Source of the DNA: Pseudomonadota bacterium
Lineage (GTDB): Bacteria > Pseudomonadota > Gammaproteobacteria > Xanthomonadales > Xanthomonadaceae
Assembly (NCBI GenBank): GCA_023419315.1
Contig: JAEZYE010000054.1
Span: forward strand, 7,705-71,704
Length of the DNA: 64,000 nucleotides
Direction of reading: 5' to 3'
The position numbers and the translations under genes are program-made. Under the pieces are notes generated by a model that saw nothing but the letters and a program-made list of their open reading frames with translations, ran no database searches and had not been told where the DNA came from. Below, one piece after another: positions 37,177 through 46,894 of this stretch. Each line of letters starts with the position of its first letter. The first letter of the stretch is position 1.

Positions 37177-38628
37177 TCAGCGTTCCATGGCCGCGACGAA
37201 TGCCGCATCGCCCTCGCTTCCACGACGGCGCATGGGCGGCAGCTGCCAGTACGTCACCGCACGCCACGCCCATTCCAGCGGACCGTAGCGGAAATAGCGC
37301 AGCCACACAGCGCTGAAAGCCAATTGCAGCACGAACACGACCAGCACGAACAACATCTGCCCCGGCCGTGACACCTGCCCCCAGAAACCGAGGCCGTATC
37401 CGGAGAAGAACCACGTGCCGATGATCGACGCGCCGATGTAATTGGTCAGCGCCATGCGGCCGGCGTAGGCCAGCGGCGACAGCCCGCGTGCGCCGATGCG
37501 TGTATTGAGCACCAGCACGAACGCCGCAAAGTAACCGAGGCACAGGCCCAGCGCGCCCAGTTGGAACAATGAGCCCGCAGCGATATTCGCCGGGTTCGGG
37601 CCGCCGGCGCCGTCGGCTCCCGGCGCGGGCATCAGCCACATGCTCGTCAGCGTCATCGCCAGGCCGATGGGAAACGCGTAGGCGAACAGCTTCGCGAACA
37701 GGCGCCCGTGCTCGCGCAGACGCGCGACGATGCCGGAGCGGACGAACCAGAATCCGATGAGGAACATCGGCAAGGCCAGGAAGCTCAGGCCCGCCGCCTG
37801 TGGCATGTCATCGGCGAACTGATGCGCGCGATGCTTCACCGATTCCACGTAGGTGCCTTGCGTGTAGATCCGGATCTCTTCAGCCCGCTCCTTCACGCGT
37901 TCCTGCTTGCGCTCTTCACGCTTGGCGATCTGCTCGGGCTTTTCGGCCGGCTTCAGCTGCGGAAACGTCGCCATCGCTCCGGCGCCAATCAGGCCGAGCA
38001 CGAACACGAACGAATACACCGCCACGCCCCATTTCCAGTAGCGCGAAATGTTTCCGCGACGCAGGAAGAACATCAGCACGCCGACCAGCGCGCCGAACAT
38101 GAGCAGCATCGGCATGGCTTCCAGCTTGAATGCGATGCCGACGGCGGCAATCGACACCACGATGGCCAACCACGCTTTCCAGCTGCGCGTCACGATCAAC
38201 AGCAGCGCCAGCGCCGTGATCGCGTAGTTGTGCAGGATGTCGCCGGTCCAGATCAGGATGTAGTGCAGCACGCCGAACAGCAGCAGGCCGACGATGCGCC
38301 GCACGTAAGGCAGAACAAACGGACTCTGCCGTGCTTCCGCGCGCCCCAGCATCACCGCGAAGCCCATGCCGAACAGCAGCGAGAACAGCGTCCAGAACTT
38401 GCCCTGGATGAAGGCCTCCACCAGCCAGCTCACTGTGTAGTCGATGCCGGAAAGCGAAGGATCGATGCCGCGCCCGAGCTCGCTGATCGGCCGGGTGAAC
38501 CATTCGACATTCATCAACGCGATGCCGAGCAGCGCCAGCCCCCGAATGATGTCGAGCGCAGCGATGCGTTCACGCGCCGCGACCGGCGCAAGCGTCGAAG
38601 TGGCTGTCGAACCGGAATCCTGTTGCAT
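37177..38628 (-). CDS. DUF418 family membrane protein (paralog 1)
   Basis: RIAALDIIRGLALLGI.LMN, KFWTLFSLLFG, GRMALTNY, GPLEWAWR. Confidence 0.9.
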   Translation of the reverse strand: MQQDSGSTATSTLAPVAARERIAALDIIRGLALLGIALMNVEWFTRPISELGRGIDPSLSGIDYTVSWLVEAFIQGKFWTLFSLLFGMGFAVMLGRAEARQSPFVLPYVRRIVGLLLFGVLHYILIWTGDILHNYAITALALLLIVTRSWKAWLAIVVSIAAVGIAFKLEAMPMLLMFGALVGVLMFFLRRGNISRYWKWGVAVYSFVFVLGLIGAGAMATFPQLKPAEKPEQIAKREERKQERVKERAEEIRIYTQGTYVESVKHRAHQFADDMPQAAGLSFLALPMFLIGFWFVRSGIVARLREHGRLFAKLFAYAFPIGLAMTLTSMWLMPAPGADGAGGPNPANIAAGSLFQLGALGLCLGYFAAFVLVLNTRIGARGLSPLAYAGRMALTNYIGASIIGTWFFSGYGLGFWGQVSRPGQMLFVLVVFVLQLAFSAVWLRYFRYGPLEWAWRAVTYWQLPPMRRRGSEGDAAFVAAMER

Positions 38629-38736
38629 GGCGGCATCTCCCTGGATGCGCGCACTCTAGTCCTGTCCGCGCCAGGCCATCAGGTGCCGGAGGTCACTCCG
38701 ACCAGCGGCATGCCTGACGGCGCGCGAGTCCGTGCG

Positions 38737-40098
38737 TTACCGCAGCAGCACGACCTCTTCGGCCGACGTCGGATGGATGGCGACAGTGTCCTCGAGATCG
38801 CGGCGCGTGATGCCGCGCCGGATCGCTACCGCGAATCCCTGCAGAATCTCGTCAGCGCCCTCGCCCATCAGGTGCAGGCCGATGACGCGTTCCTCCTCAC
38901 CCACGCAGACCAGCTTGAACAGGCTGCGCTGCGGCGAGTCGGCAAGCGCATGCAGCATCGGCCGGAAGCGCGTGGTGAACACCTTGACCGTGTCGCCGTA
39001 CTGCGCGCGCGCTTCTTCCTCTGTCAGTCCGACCTTGCCCATTGGCGGATGCGAGAACACCACGGTGGCGATGTCGCGATGATCCAGGCGCGATTCGGGC
39101 TTGCCGCCGTACAGGCGATCCATCAGACGGCGCGCAGCCGCGATGGCGACGGGGGTCAGTGCCGGTGCACCGGTGACGTCGCCGACCGCATGGATGTTCG
39201 GCGCAGTCGTGTTCTGCCATTCGTCCGTGCGTATGTGGCCGCGCTCGTCGAGTTCGACGCCGGCATGTTCAAGCCCGAGATCCGACGTGGAAGGCACGCG
39301 ACCGGTGGCGAAGATCAGGTGATCGAACGGTGCCGTCCGTTCCTGCGTCGCGCTGACCAGCACGACCTGGCCGTCGCCCGCGGCTTCGAGTTCCGCCAGT
39401 ACGTAGCCGAAGTGCGTGCGGATGCCGTGCTGGCGATTGTCTTCGAGCAGATCGGTGGTCAGTTCTTCGTCGAAGCCTTCCAGCAGGCGTTGTCCGCGGA
39501 CGAACATTTCGACTTGCGTGCCCAGCGCCTGCAGTACGCCCGCAAGCTCCACCGCGACATAACCCGCGCCGATGATCGCCACCGACTTCGGCGCATCGCA
39601 GAAGTTGAAGAAGTCGTCCGACACCAGGCCCAACCTGGCGCCGGGCAATTCCGGCCTGTGCGGCCGACCGCCCGTGGCGATGAGGATCCGTTCGGCATGA
39701 AGCACCGCGCCTTGCGAGGTTTCCACCGTGTGCGCGTCGCGCAGGCGGCCACGGCAGGGCATCCACACGATGCCGCTTTCGTCCAGGCGCTTGCGGTAGC
39801 TTGCATGGATGCCCGCGATGTAGCGCTGGCGATGGACGATGAATTCGCGCCAGTCCAGTCGCACGTCCGTCGCCACGTTGAAGCCCAGTTGCGGCGCGAT
39901 CGCCAGGCGTTGCGCCATCTCGGCGGCGAGCCACATGGCCTTCTTCGGCACGCATCCGACATTGACGCAGGTGCCGCCCAGTTCGGCCGGCTCCAGCATG
40001 GCGACGCGCTTGCCCAGCGCTGCGGCGCGGAATGCTCCGGCCAGTCCGCCGGATCCACCGCCGATGACGACGAGATCGAAATGGCTGTCGGCGCTCAT
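38737..40098 (-). CDS. gor: Glutathione-disulfide reductase
   Basis: GGGSGG, GGTCVNVGCVPKK, LTPVAIAA, VFSHPP, AIHPTSAEE. Confidence 0.95.
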   Translation of the reverse strand: MSADSHFDLVVIGGGSGGLAGAFRAAALGKRVAMLEPAELGGTCVNVGCVPKKAMWLAAEMAQRLAIAPQLGFNVATDVRLDWREFIVHRQRYIAGIHASYRKRLDESGIVWMPCRGRLRDAHTVETSQGAVLHAERILIATGGRPHRPELPGARLGLVSDDFFNFCDAPKSVAIIGAGYVAVELAGVLQALGTQVEMFVRGQRLLEGFDEELTTDLLEDNRQHGIRTHFGYVLAELEAAGDGQVVLVSATQERTAPFDHLIFATGRVPSTSDLGLEHAGVELDERGHIRTDEWQNTTAPNIHAVGDVTGAPALTPVAIAAARRLMDRLYGGKPESRLDHRDIATVVFSHPPMGKVGLTEEEARAQYGDTVKVFTTRFRPMLHALADSPQRSLFKLVCVGEEERVIGLHLMGEGADEILQGFAVAIRRGITRRDLEDTVAIHPTSAEEVVLLR

Positions 40099-41345
40099 GC
40101 AAATCGCTCCGGTCGATAAGGCGTGGGATCGAAGGCCGGCTCGCGGCCCGTCATCAGATCGGCGATCAACTGGCCGGTCGCAGCGCTCATGCTGATGCCG
40201 AGCATGCCGTGCCCGGCCGCGAGCCACAGACCCGCCTGGCCCGGTACGCGCCCCAGCAGCGGCAGATCGTCGTAGGTCATCGGTCGCCAGCCGTACCAGC
40301 GCTCGACCACGTTCGCGCCGACCGGCTCGCGCAGGAATTCGCGGGCACCGCGTTCCAGCGCCGCCAGCCGGGTTTCATTCAATTGCGTGTCGTAGCCGGA
40401 AAATTCCATCGTGCTGCCCAGGCGGAAGCCGCTGTCCCAGACCGTGACGCAGACCGAGCGATCTTTCAGCACCAGCGGCCGGCTCGGCACGCGATCGGGA
40501 CGGCTGTAAGTGATCGAGTACCCCTTGCCCGGCTGGATCGGCACGCGCAGTTTCCATTGCCGCGCGAACGCGGGCGTCCACGCCCCGAGGGCGATGACGA
40601 CTTCGCGCGCGCGACGGATGCCTTGCGAGGTGGCGACGGCGAAGCCCGGCGTTTCGTTGCGCACCGCTTCGGCACCGCAATGCGGCTCGAGGATTCCGCC
40701 GCGTTCGCGCACGACCCGCGCCAGTTCGGCGACATACCGATCCGGGCGCAGGCGCGCGTCCTGCGGGAAACGGATCGCACCGGCAACGCCTTCGCGCATC
40801 GCCGGTTCCTGGCGCTCGTACTCACGGCCTTCGATGATTTCGCTGTCGATTCCGAATTCGCGCAGTGCGGCGCTTTCGGCGATGTAGTGCTCGAAATTGC
40901 GCGGGTCGCGGAACACGTAATCGAGCCCTTCCTCCTGGAACTCGCAGGCGAGCGGGTAATCCTGCACCCACTGCGCCAGACGAGCACGTGAATCCTGCAA
41001 CAACGCATTGCGCGCCAGCGCGCTCGCGCGCCAATCGCGCGGATTGCAGCGCGCGGAAAAACGCAGCAGCCAGCGCCACAAGCCGGGATCGATGCGCGGC
41101 TTCAGGTACAGCGGCGCGTCCGGCGAAAGCATCCAGCGCAATCCCCGCGTTGCCACGCCCGGCGCCGCCAGCGGCGGCGCATGGCTTGGCGTGATGGTGC
41201 CGCAGTTTCCATGCGAAGCGCCGTGGCCGATTTCGCCGGCGTCGATGACGCGCACGCGGCGACCCGATTCAAGCAAGGACAAGGCGACGGACAGGCCGAT
41301 CGCGCCGCCACCAAGGATGAGGATGTCGTCAGTCGGTGTGTTCAC
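40095..41345 (-). CDS. FAD-dependent oxidoreductase (D-amino acid dehydrogenase-like)
   Basis: ILGGGAIG, ASHGNCG, PGKGYS, WYGWRP, AGHGMLG. Confidence 0.9.
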   Translation of the reverse strand: MNTPTDDILILGGGAIGLSVALSLLESGRRVRVIDAGEIGHGASHGNCGTITPSHAPPLAAPGVATRGLRWMLSPDAPLYLKPRIDPGLWRWLLRFSARCNPRDWRASALARNALLQDSRARLAQWVQDYPLACEFQEEGLDYVFRDPRNFEHYIAESAALREFGIDSEIIEGREYERQEPAMREGVAGAIRFPQDARLRPDRYVAELARVVRERGGILEPHCGAEAVRNETPGFAVATSQGIRRAREVVIALGAWTPAFARQWKLRVPIQPGKGYSITYSRPDRVPSRPLVLKDRSVCVTVWDSGFRLGSTMEFSGYDTQLNETRLAALERGAREFLREPVGANVVERWYGWRPMTYDDLPLLGRVPGQAGLWLAAGHGMLGISMSAATGQLIADLMTGREPAFDPTPYRPERFA

Positions 41346-41402
41346 AGGCAAAGACCAGCAACGCGAGAGCTCCGGGTGATGCAGCGCTTCATGTGGGCTC
41401 GC

Positions 41403-42641
41403 TCATCGGCGCATCGGCTGCGCGCGCAGATAGGTCAGCGACCGCCACAGCCACTCGGCGGGACCGAAGCGGAAACGCGACAGCCACGCGCGGCTCCACA
41501 GCACCTGAAGCAGGAAGACGGCGACGGCGAACACGGCCTGCCAGGCGCGCGGCATCTGCTCGAAATATCCCAGCCCGTATGCGTAGAAGACGAGCGTGCA
41601 GATGACCGACTGCATCAGATAGTTGGTCAACGCCATCCGGCCGGCCGGTGCGAGCCAGCCGCTTCCCCCGCCGCCCGCCGCGAAACGCACCACCCACGCC
41701 ATGTACCCGAAGGCCATCAGCACGCTGCCCAGGGAACTGAGGAAGAAAGCGAACGCGGACGTCACGTTGACGGTGTCGAAGTGCATCGTCGGTTGCAGAA
41801 CGAACGACAGGCCCATCGACGCCAGACCCATCGGCAGCGCGACCCAGCGCAAGGCGGCAAACAGGCGCGGGAACTGCGCCGGCGAAGCAATCGCGCCGCT
41901 CTTCACGAACCAGGCGCCGAACAGGAACATCGCGAAGACCATCGGTCCCATCATCGGCAGGTTGCTCAGCATGAAGCCGGTATCACGCATGCGCTGCAGC
42001 GTCGCGTCCCACCATGTGCCGGCGCCGTATGCCAGCTGCTGCGCTTCATTCATCTGCGCCATCTGCGCGGCCATCTTGGCCATCTCGCGATTCCATTCGG
42101 TGGCGGTGGTCGGATCCAGTTGCATCGCACTGCCGAGCAGACCGAGCAGCCCCATCAGTCCGGAGGGCACCAGGTAGGCCACGATGGCCAGCCAGGGCAG
42201 CCACTTGGCCGGCATCCGCCGGAACGCCAGCAGCAAGAATGAAAGCAGGCCGTAGACGAGCAGGATGTCGCCCGACCAGATCAGCAGCGCGTGGATGAGG
42301 CCGAACCCCATCAACACCGCACTCCGGCGCAGGTACACCGCACCGAACGCTTGTCCGCGCGCGTCGGCGCGCTGCGACATCACCGCGAAACCCATGCCGA
42401 ACAGCAGCGAGAACAGCGTGTAGAACTTGCCCTGCACGAGGATGTAGATCGCCGCATCAGCGATGCGATCCGCGCCGGTCAGCGCGGGATTGAGGCCGGT
42501 GAAGGCGTCCATCATCGGGCCGCTGAAAGCCTCGATGTTCATCAGCAGGATGCCGAGCAGTGCAAAGCCGCGCAGTACGTCCATCGTGCCGATGCGTTCG
42601 GCGGCTTCAATCGGCCGCAGTCCCGGTTGCATCTCCGTCAT
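41403..42641 (-). CDS. DUF418 family membrane protein (paralog 2)
   Basis: DVLRGFALLGILLMN, KFYTLFSLLFG, GRMALTNY, GPAEWLWR. Confidence 0.9.
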   Translation of the reverse strand: MTEMQPGLRPIEAAERIGTMDVLRGFALLGILLMNIEAFSGPMMDAFTGLNPALTGADRIADAAIYILVQGKFYTLFSLLFGMGFAVMSQRADARGQAFGAVYLRRSAVLMGFGLIHALLIWSGDILLVYGLLSFLLLAFRRMPAKWLPWLAIVAYLVPSGLMGLLGLLGSAMQLDPTTATEWNREMAKMAAQMAQMNEAQQLAYGAGTWWDATLQRMRDTGFMLSNLPMMGPMVFAMFLFGAWFVKSGAIASPAQFPRLFAALRWVALPMGLASMGLSFVLQPTMHFDTVNVTSAFAFFLSSLGSVLMAFGYMAWVVRFAAGGGGSGWLAPAGRMALTNYLMQSVICTLVFYAYGLGYFEQMPRAWQAVFAVAVFLLQVLWSRAWLSRFRFGPAEWLWRSLTYLRAQPMRR

Positions 42642-42716
42642 GCTTCGTTCCCCGACGTCGTGTCTCGAGGCGTCGATTAGAACATGGCGGCACCACGTGA
42701 TCGCACCGCGCAAATG

Positions 42717-42745
42717 CAGACGGCCCGCGCAAGGCGGGCCGTCTG
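42717..42745. terminator. Hairpin downstream of slyD
   Basis: CAGACGGCCCGC-GCAAG-GCGGGCCGTCTG 12-bp stem with a weak T tract. Confidence 0.6.
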
Positions 42746-42765
42746 ATCAATCCTGTGGGCGCCAC

Positions 42766-43245
42766 TCAGTGGTGATGGCCGCCGTCGCCGTGCACGTGGC
42801 CGTGCTCGATTTCCTCCGCGCTGGCTTCGCGCACTTCCACGATCTCGACATCGAAATGCAGCGCCTTGCCGGCCATCGGGTGATTGAGATCGACATCGAC
42901 CACGCTCATGCCGACCTTCTGGATCGTCACCGCGCGCGGGCCGAAGTTGGTGTTGAGCACGACCTGCTGGCCGGGGACCAGCTTCTGCGCGCCGAAGTGC
43001 TTCTTGGGCACGCGCTGGGTCAGGCCCTCGCGCACATCGCCGTAGGCGTCGGCCGGCGCCACGTCCACGCCGAAGCTGTCGCCGGCTTCGTGATCCATCA
43101 ACGCGTTTTCCAGGCCCGGAATGATGTTGCCGTGACCGATGAGGATGGCCAGCGGCTCGCGATCCTTCGAGGTTTCCAGCGGCTCCTGGCCGGCTTCGGA
43201 CACGGTGTAATGGAAACGGACGACACTGTCTTTTGCGATTTTCAT
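42766..43245 (-). CDS. slyD: FKBP-type peptidyl-prolyl isomerase SlyD
   Basis: IIPGLE, DLNHPMAGK, His-rich C-terminus HGHVHGDGGHHH. Confidence 0.95.
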   Translation of the reverse strand: MKIAKDSVVRFHYTVSEAGQEPLETSKDREPLAILIGHGNIIPGLENALMDHEAGDSFGVDVAPADAYGDVREGLTQRVPKKHFGAQKLVPGQQVVLNTNFGPRAVTIQKVGMSVVDVDLNHPMAGKALHFDVEIVEVREASAEEIEHGHVHGDGGHHH

Positions 43246-43321
43246 GCGGGACTCTGGACTGGGCTGCCGGGCAGCGTGGCTGGCTTGTCGGCCAAGGGGA
43301 TTGCAGCGAAGATGCGCCGCA

Positions 43322-43897
43322 ATGAAGACCGCGCATTATCCCGGCTTGCCCACCCTGCCGCCAGCGGCCACGACCGTGGCGTCGCGGCGGATCGGCGGCA
43401 GCGCTCTCGCCATTTGCCTGATGCTGGCCGGCTGCGGGGGCTCGACCGAGACCGTCCGCCGCCCCTCGCCTGCGCCGACGCGCGCGTGGCCGCAGGTGGC
43501 GGCAGAAGATCCTGCCGCCGCCAATGCCGTGCTGATGCGGGCGCTCGGCCTGGTCGGCACGCCATACCGCTTTGGTGGCAATACGCCCGAATCCGGCTTC
43601 GATTGCAGCGGACTGGTCACCTACGTCTTCCGCGACATGCTGGATGTGCGCCTGCCGCGTACCTCGCGCGAACTGGCCGCGGCCCAGGGACCACGCATCG
43701 AACCGGCCCGCCTGGCGCCTGCCGACCTGGTGTTCTTCGGCAGTCGCGGCAGCGTCACCCATGTGGGCATCTACGTCGGCGAAGGGCGCTTCGTCCACGC
43801 GCCAAGTTCGGGCGGTACCGTCCGCCTGGACCACCTGGACGGGACCTACTGGCGGGACCACTATTCCGGCGCCCGGCGGGTTTTGACACGCTCTTGA
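43322..43897 (+). CDS. NlpC/P60 (C40) lipoprotein peptidase
   Basis: Lipobox LAGC, GTPYRFGG, GFDCSG, HVGIY, FVHAPS; start uncertain. Confidence 0.9.
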   Translation: MKTAHYPGLPTLPPAATTVASRRIGGSALAICLMLAGCGGSTETVRRPSPAPTRAWPQVAAEDPAAANAVLMRALGLVGTPYRFGGNTPESGFDCSGLVTYVFRDMLDVRLPRTSRELAAAQGPRIEPARLAPADLVFFGSRGSVTHVGIYVGEGRFVHAPSSGGTVRLDHLDGTYWRDHYSGARRVLTRS

Positions 43898-44009
43898 CTC
43901 ACATTGGAACGTAGTTCCGCCTGAATTGACGGAATTTTAACGATTTACAAACAAAATGATGGCGTCGTGAAGGCACTATTGCGCCTTCTTTTCGATTTGC
44001 TAACCCCGC

Positions 44010-44783
44010 GTGACGACCGACGACCTGCCGACAGGCCAGCCAGCCGCCACCCTTCGCAAGCTGCGGGGTGTCTCCCTGATCCTCTCGATGCTGCTTTCCG
44101 CGCCTGTTCTGGCGCAGGAAGCCCCGGTTGCGCCCGCTGAAACGGTCGCACCGCCGGTGATCGCGCTGGAGGCTGTCGATTCCAATACGGAAGCCCCCGC
44201 GAAAGCGGCCACGCCGGCCAACAGCGGCATCCGCGAGAAAGCCGCCGAAGCCGCTACCGCCACCCTCGCGGCGCTGCTGCCGCGACTGGCTGCCAGTGAC
44301 AGCCTGCCGTTGCTGGACCGTTCGACCATGGTGGCCGGCGATCTGAGCCGCCTGCTCTCGGGCTACGAGTTGAACGGCGGCGTCGTGAAAGACGAAGGCG
44401 GCAAGATCCAGGCCGTGCTCAAGCGTGCGATGGCCCTGATGGGTACGCCGTACCGCTGGGGCGGCACTTCGCCCGACAGCGGCTTCGATTGCAGCGGTCT
44501 GGTGGGTTACGTCTTCCGTTCGGCGCTGGGCATCGACCTGCCGCGCGTCTCGCGTGATATCGCCACGCAGTCCAACGGCCAGATGATCGCCAAGCGCGAA
44601 GACCTGAAGCAGGGCGACCTGGTGTTTTTCGGGTTGAAGGGCCGCATCAACCACGTCGGCATCTATGTGGGTGAAGGCCGTTTCCTGCATTCGCCGAGCA
44701 CGGGCAAGGACGTCCGCGTGGACAGCCTGCTGACCGGTTATTGGGCCCCCCGCTTCATGCAGGCCCGTCGAATCGAGATGTAA
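44010..44783 (+). CDS. NlpC/P60 (C40) secreted peptidase
   Basis: Signal peptide, GTPYRWGG, GFDCSG, HVGIY, FLHSPS. Confidence 0.9.
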   Translation: MTTDDLPTGQPAATLRKLRGVSLILSMLLSAPVLAQEAPVAPAETVAPPVIALEAVDSNTEAPAKAATPANSGIREKAAEAATATLAALLPRLAASDSLPLLDRSTMVAGDLSRLLSGYELNGGVVKDEGGKIQAVLKRAMALMGTPYRWGGTSPDSGFDCSGLVGYVFRSALGIDLPRVSRDIATQSNGQMIAKREDLKQGDLVFFGLKGRINHVGIYVGEGRFLHSPSTGKDVRVDSLLTGYWAPRFMQARRIEM

Positions 44784-44801
44784 GCCGGTTTCGTCTCACT
44801 G

Positions 44802-44831
44802 AAAAAAGCCGCCTCATCAGGCGGCTTTTTT
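44802..44831. terminator. Bidirectional terminator
   Basis: AAAAAAGCCGCCT-CATC-AGGCGGCTTTTTT between convergent genes. Confidence 0.9.
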
Positions 44832-44850
44832 GTGCGCGGGCAATCCTAGA

Positions 44851-45348
44851 TCAATGGTCCAAAGCCTCGGCGTCCTGATAATGCGCCACGGTCTGCTCGA
44901 TGCCCTTGCTGAGCTCCATGACCTTCAACGCGTACTCGGCCATGCGGCAGTCCTCCGGCGTTTCCGGCTGCCAGGACGGCACCGCGGTCGGCTTGCCTTC
45001 CACGTCATCCAGCGCGACGAACACGATCACGCAGTGCGTGCAGAGCCTCGATTCACCGCCCATCGGATCGCGGGCGCGCACATCGATGGCGAAATGCATG
45101 CTGCTGGTGCCCGTGTACACCAGCTTCGCCGAGACAGTGACCAGGTCGCTGGTACGAATCGGGGCGACGAAGCGGATCCCGCCCACCGCCACCGTCACGC
45201 TGTAGCGCCCGCTCCAGCCGACCGCTGCGGCGTAGCCGACCTGGTCGATCCATTTCATGACGATGCCGCCATGCACCTTGCCGCCGTAATTGACGTCGGT
45301 CGGTTGGGCCAGGAACCGGAAGGTCAGTTCTCGCTGCTCACCGCTCAT
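44851..45348 (-). CDS. Acyl-CoA thioesterase (hotdog fold)
   Basis: PTDVNYGGKVHGGIVMKWID, TGTSSM, VFVALD. Confidence 0.92.
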   Translation of the reverse strand: MSGEQRELTFRFLAQPTDVNYGGKVHGGIVMKWIDQVGYAAAVGWSGRYSVTVAVGGIRFVAPIRTSDLVTVSAKLVYTGTSSMHFAIDVRARDPMGGESRLCTHCVIVFVALDDVEGKPTAVPSWQPETPEDCRMAEYALKVMELSKGIEQTVAHYQDAEALDH

Positions 45349-45416
45349 GGCACGTCCTCGCTGGGAAAGCGCCGAGCTTGCCACAAGCGCCCCAGCGGAT
45401 CAGGTGGAATGTCGCA

Positions 45417-45448
45417 AAGAAAAGGCCGGCATCGCCGCCGGCCTTTTC
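45417..45448 (-). terminator. Terminator after the M16 peptidase pair
   Basis: GAAAAGGCCGGC-ATCGCC-GCCGGCCTTTTC stem with a T-rich tail on the minus strand. Confidence 0.75.
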
Positions 45449-45467
45449 GCGTCTCCACCGCCAAGCG

Positions 45468-46883
45468 TTACTTGGCCTGCACTTCGAAGTTGCCGTAGGG
45501 CTTGAGCTGTTCGGCAATCGCCTTGCTGTCGCCGACCACGACGATCGACTGCTGCTTCGGATCGAAATACTGCCGGGCGACCGACTGCACCTTGGCCGCA
45601 TCCAGCTTGCGCAGCTGCGGGACGAACTGGCCGAGGAATTCCGCGGGCAGGCCGATCAGCCAGTTCTTGGCCAGCGACGCGGCGACCGCACCCTGCAACT
45701 GGTTGCTCAGCACGTAATCGCCTGCGATGTAGCGCTTGGTGTCTTCCATGTCCTTGTCGTTCACCGGCTCGTTGCGCAGGCGATCGAACTCGTGGAAGAA
45801 CTCCTTCACCGATGCGCCGGTCACTTCGTTGCGCACGTCCGCCTGCGCGATCACTTCGCCGCCGGCACGCGCGGCGCCCAGCTTGACGCCCGCGCCGTAG
45901 GTGTAGCCCTTTTCCTCGCGCAGGTTGAGGTTGACGCGACTGCTGAACCCTCCGCCCAGCAGGATGCGCGTGAACTGCAGCGGCACGTAGTCCGGATCGG
46001 TCGCCGCCAGCGCGGGGCGGCCGATGCGCAGCGTCGACTGCACGCTGCCATCGCGCTGCAACACCACGAAGCGCGGCGCCGCATCGCGCGGTGCGGCCGG
46101 CGTATCGGCCACCTCGCCGTCCGCGACCTTCCAGTCTCCGAACGCCTTCTCCGCCATGGCGAAACCTTCCGCCGGCGTCACCCTGCCGGTGATCACCAGC
46201 AGGCTGCGATCCGGATGGAAGCGCCGCGCATGTTCACTGCGCAACGTGGCCGGATTGAGCGCCGCGATGCCGGCTTCGGACAATTGCGTCCGCGCGTACG
46301 GATGCGCTCCGTAAATCGCCGACAGCATCGCGCGGTTTGCACGGAAGGAAGGCTGGGCTTCGTTGGCCTTCAACTGCTGCGCCGCGTTGGCTTGCGCCAG
46401 CTTGACCTCGTTCTCGGGGAACGCCGGCTGCCGCGCGACTTCGGCAAGCAGTTCGAGCATCGGGCCGGCATGGCTCGACAACGCATCGGCATACACGGTC
46501 ACGCCGTCATTGCTCGCCGCGGCGCTCACGCTGCCGCCGAAACCCTGGGCGGTTTCCGCGACCGCGCGCGAATCGCGGCGCGCGGTGCCTTCGGTCAACA
46601 GGCCGGCGAACAGGCTGGCGAAGCCCGATGCGTCGGCCGGATCGGCAGCCAGGCCGGCATTGCGCACGGCGAATACGTAATCCACGCGCGGAATACCGTC
46701 GCGCGGCACGACCCAGACTTCCAGGCCGTTGGCGAGCGTCTTCTTTTCAATCTGCGGCACCGGCAACGGCTTGTCGGGCGCGTACGGCGGCAGTTCCTTC
46801 GGCAGCACCGGCTCGGCGGCCTGCGCCGAGAAGGCCAGCAGGCTGGAAACGGTCAATGCGATCACGGTCTTGTGCAGGCTCAT
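45468..46883 (-). CDS. M16 peptidase, non-catalytic subunit
   Basis: Signal peptide, LANGL, LLTEGT (no HxxEH), LGGGFSSR...LREEKGYTYG. Confidence 0.9.
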   Translation of the reverse strand: MSLHKTVIALTVSSLLAFSAQAAEPVLPKELPPYAPDKPLPVPQIEKKTLANGLEVWVVPRDGIPRVDYVFAVRNAGLAADPADASGFASLFAGLLTEGTARRDSRAVAETAQGFGGSVSAAASNDGVTVYADALSSHAGPMLELLAEVARQPAFPENEVKLAQANAAQQLKANEAQPSFRANRAMLSAIYGAHPYARTQLSEAGIAALNPATLRSEHARRFHPDRSLLVITGRVTPAEGFAMAEKAFGDWKVADGEVADTPAAPRDAAPRFVVLQRDGSVQSTLRIGRPALAATDPDYVPLQFTRILLGGGFSSRVNLNLREEKGYTYGAGVKLGAARAGGEVIAQADVRNEVTGASVKEFFHEFDRLRNEPVNDKDMEDTKRYIAGDYVLSNQLQGAVAASLAKNWLIGLPAEFLGQFVPQLRKLDAAKVQSVARQYFDPKQQSIVVVGDSKAIAEQLKPYGNFEVQAK

Positions 46884-46894
46884 GGGACGTCTCC

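Noticed and set aside
43322..44783. Tandem NlpC/P60 genes as a toxin-immunity or novel system
   Set aside because: Both are ordinary catalytic C40 peptidases with export signals, and there is no immunity-like gene.
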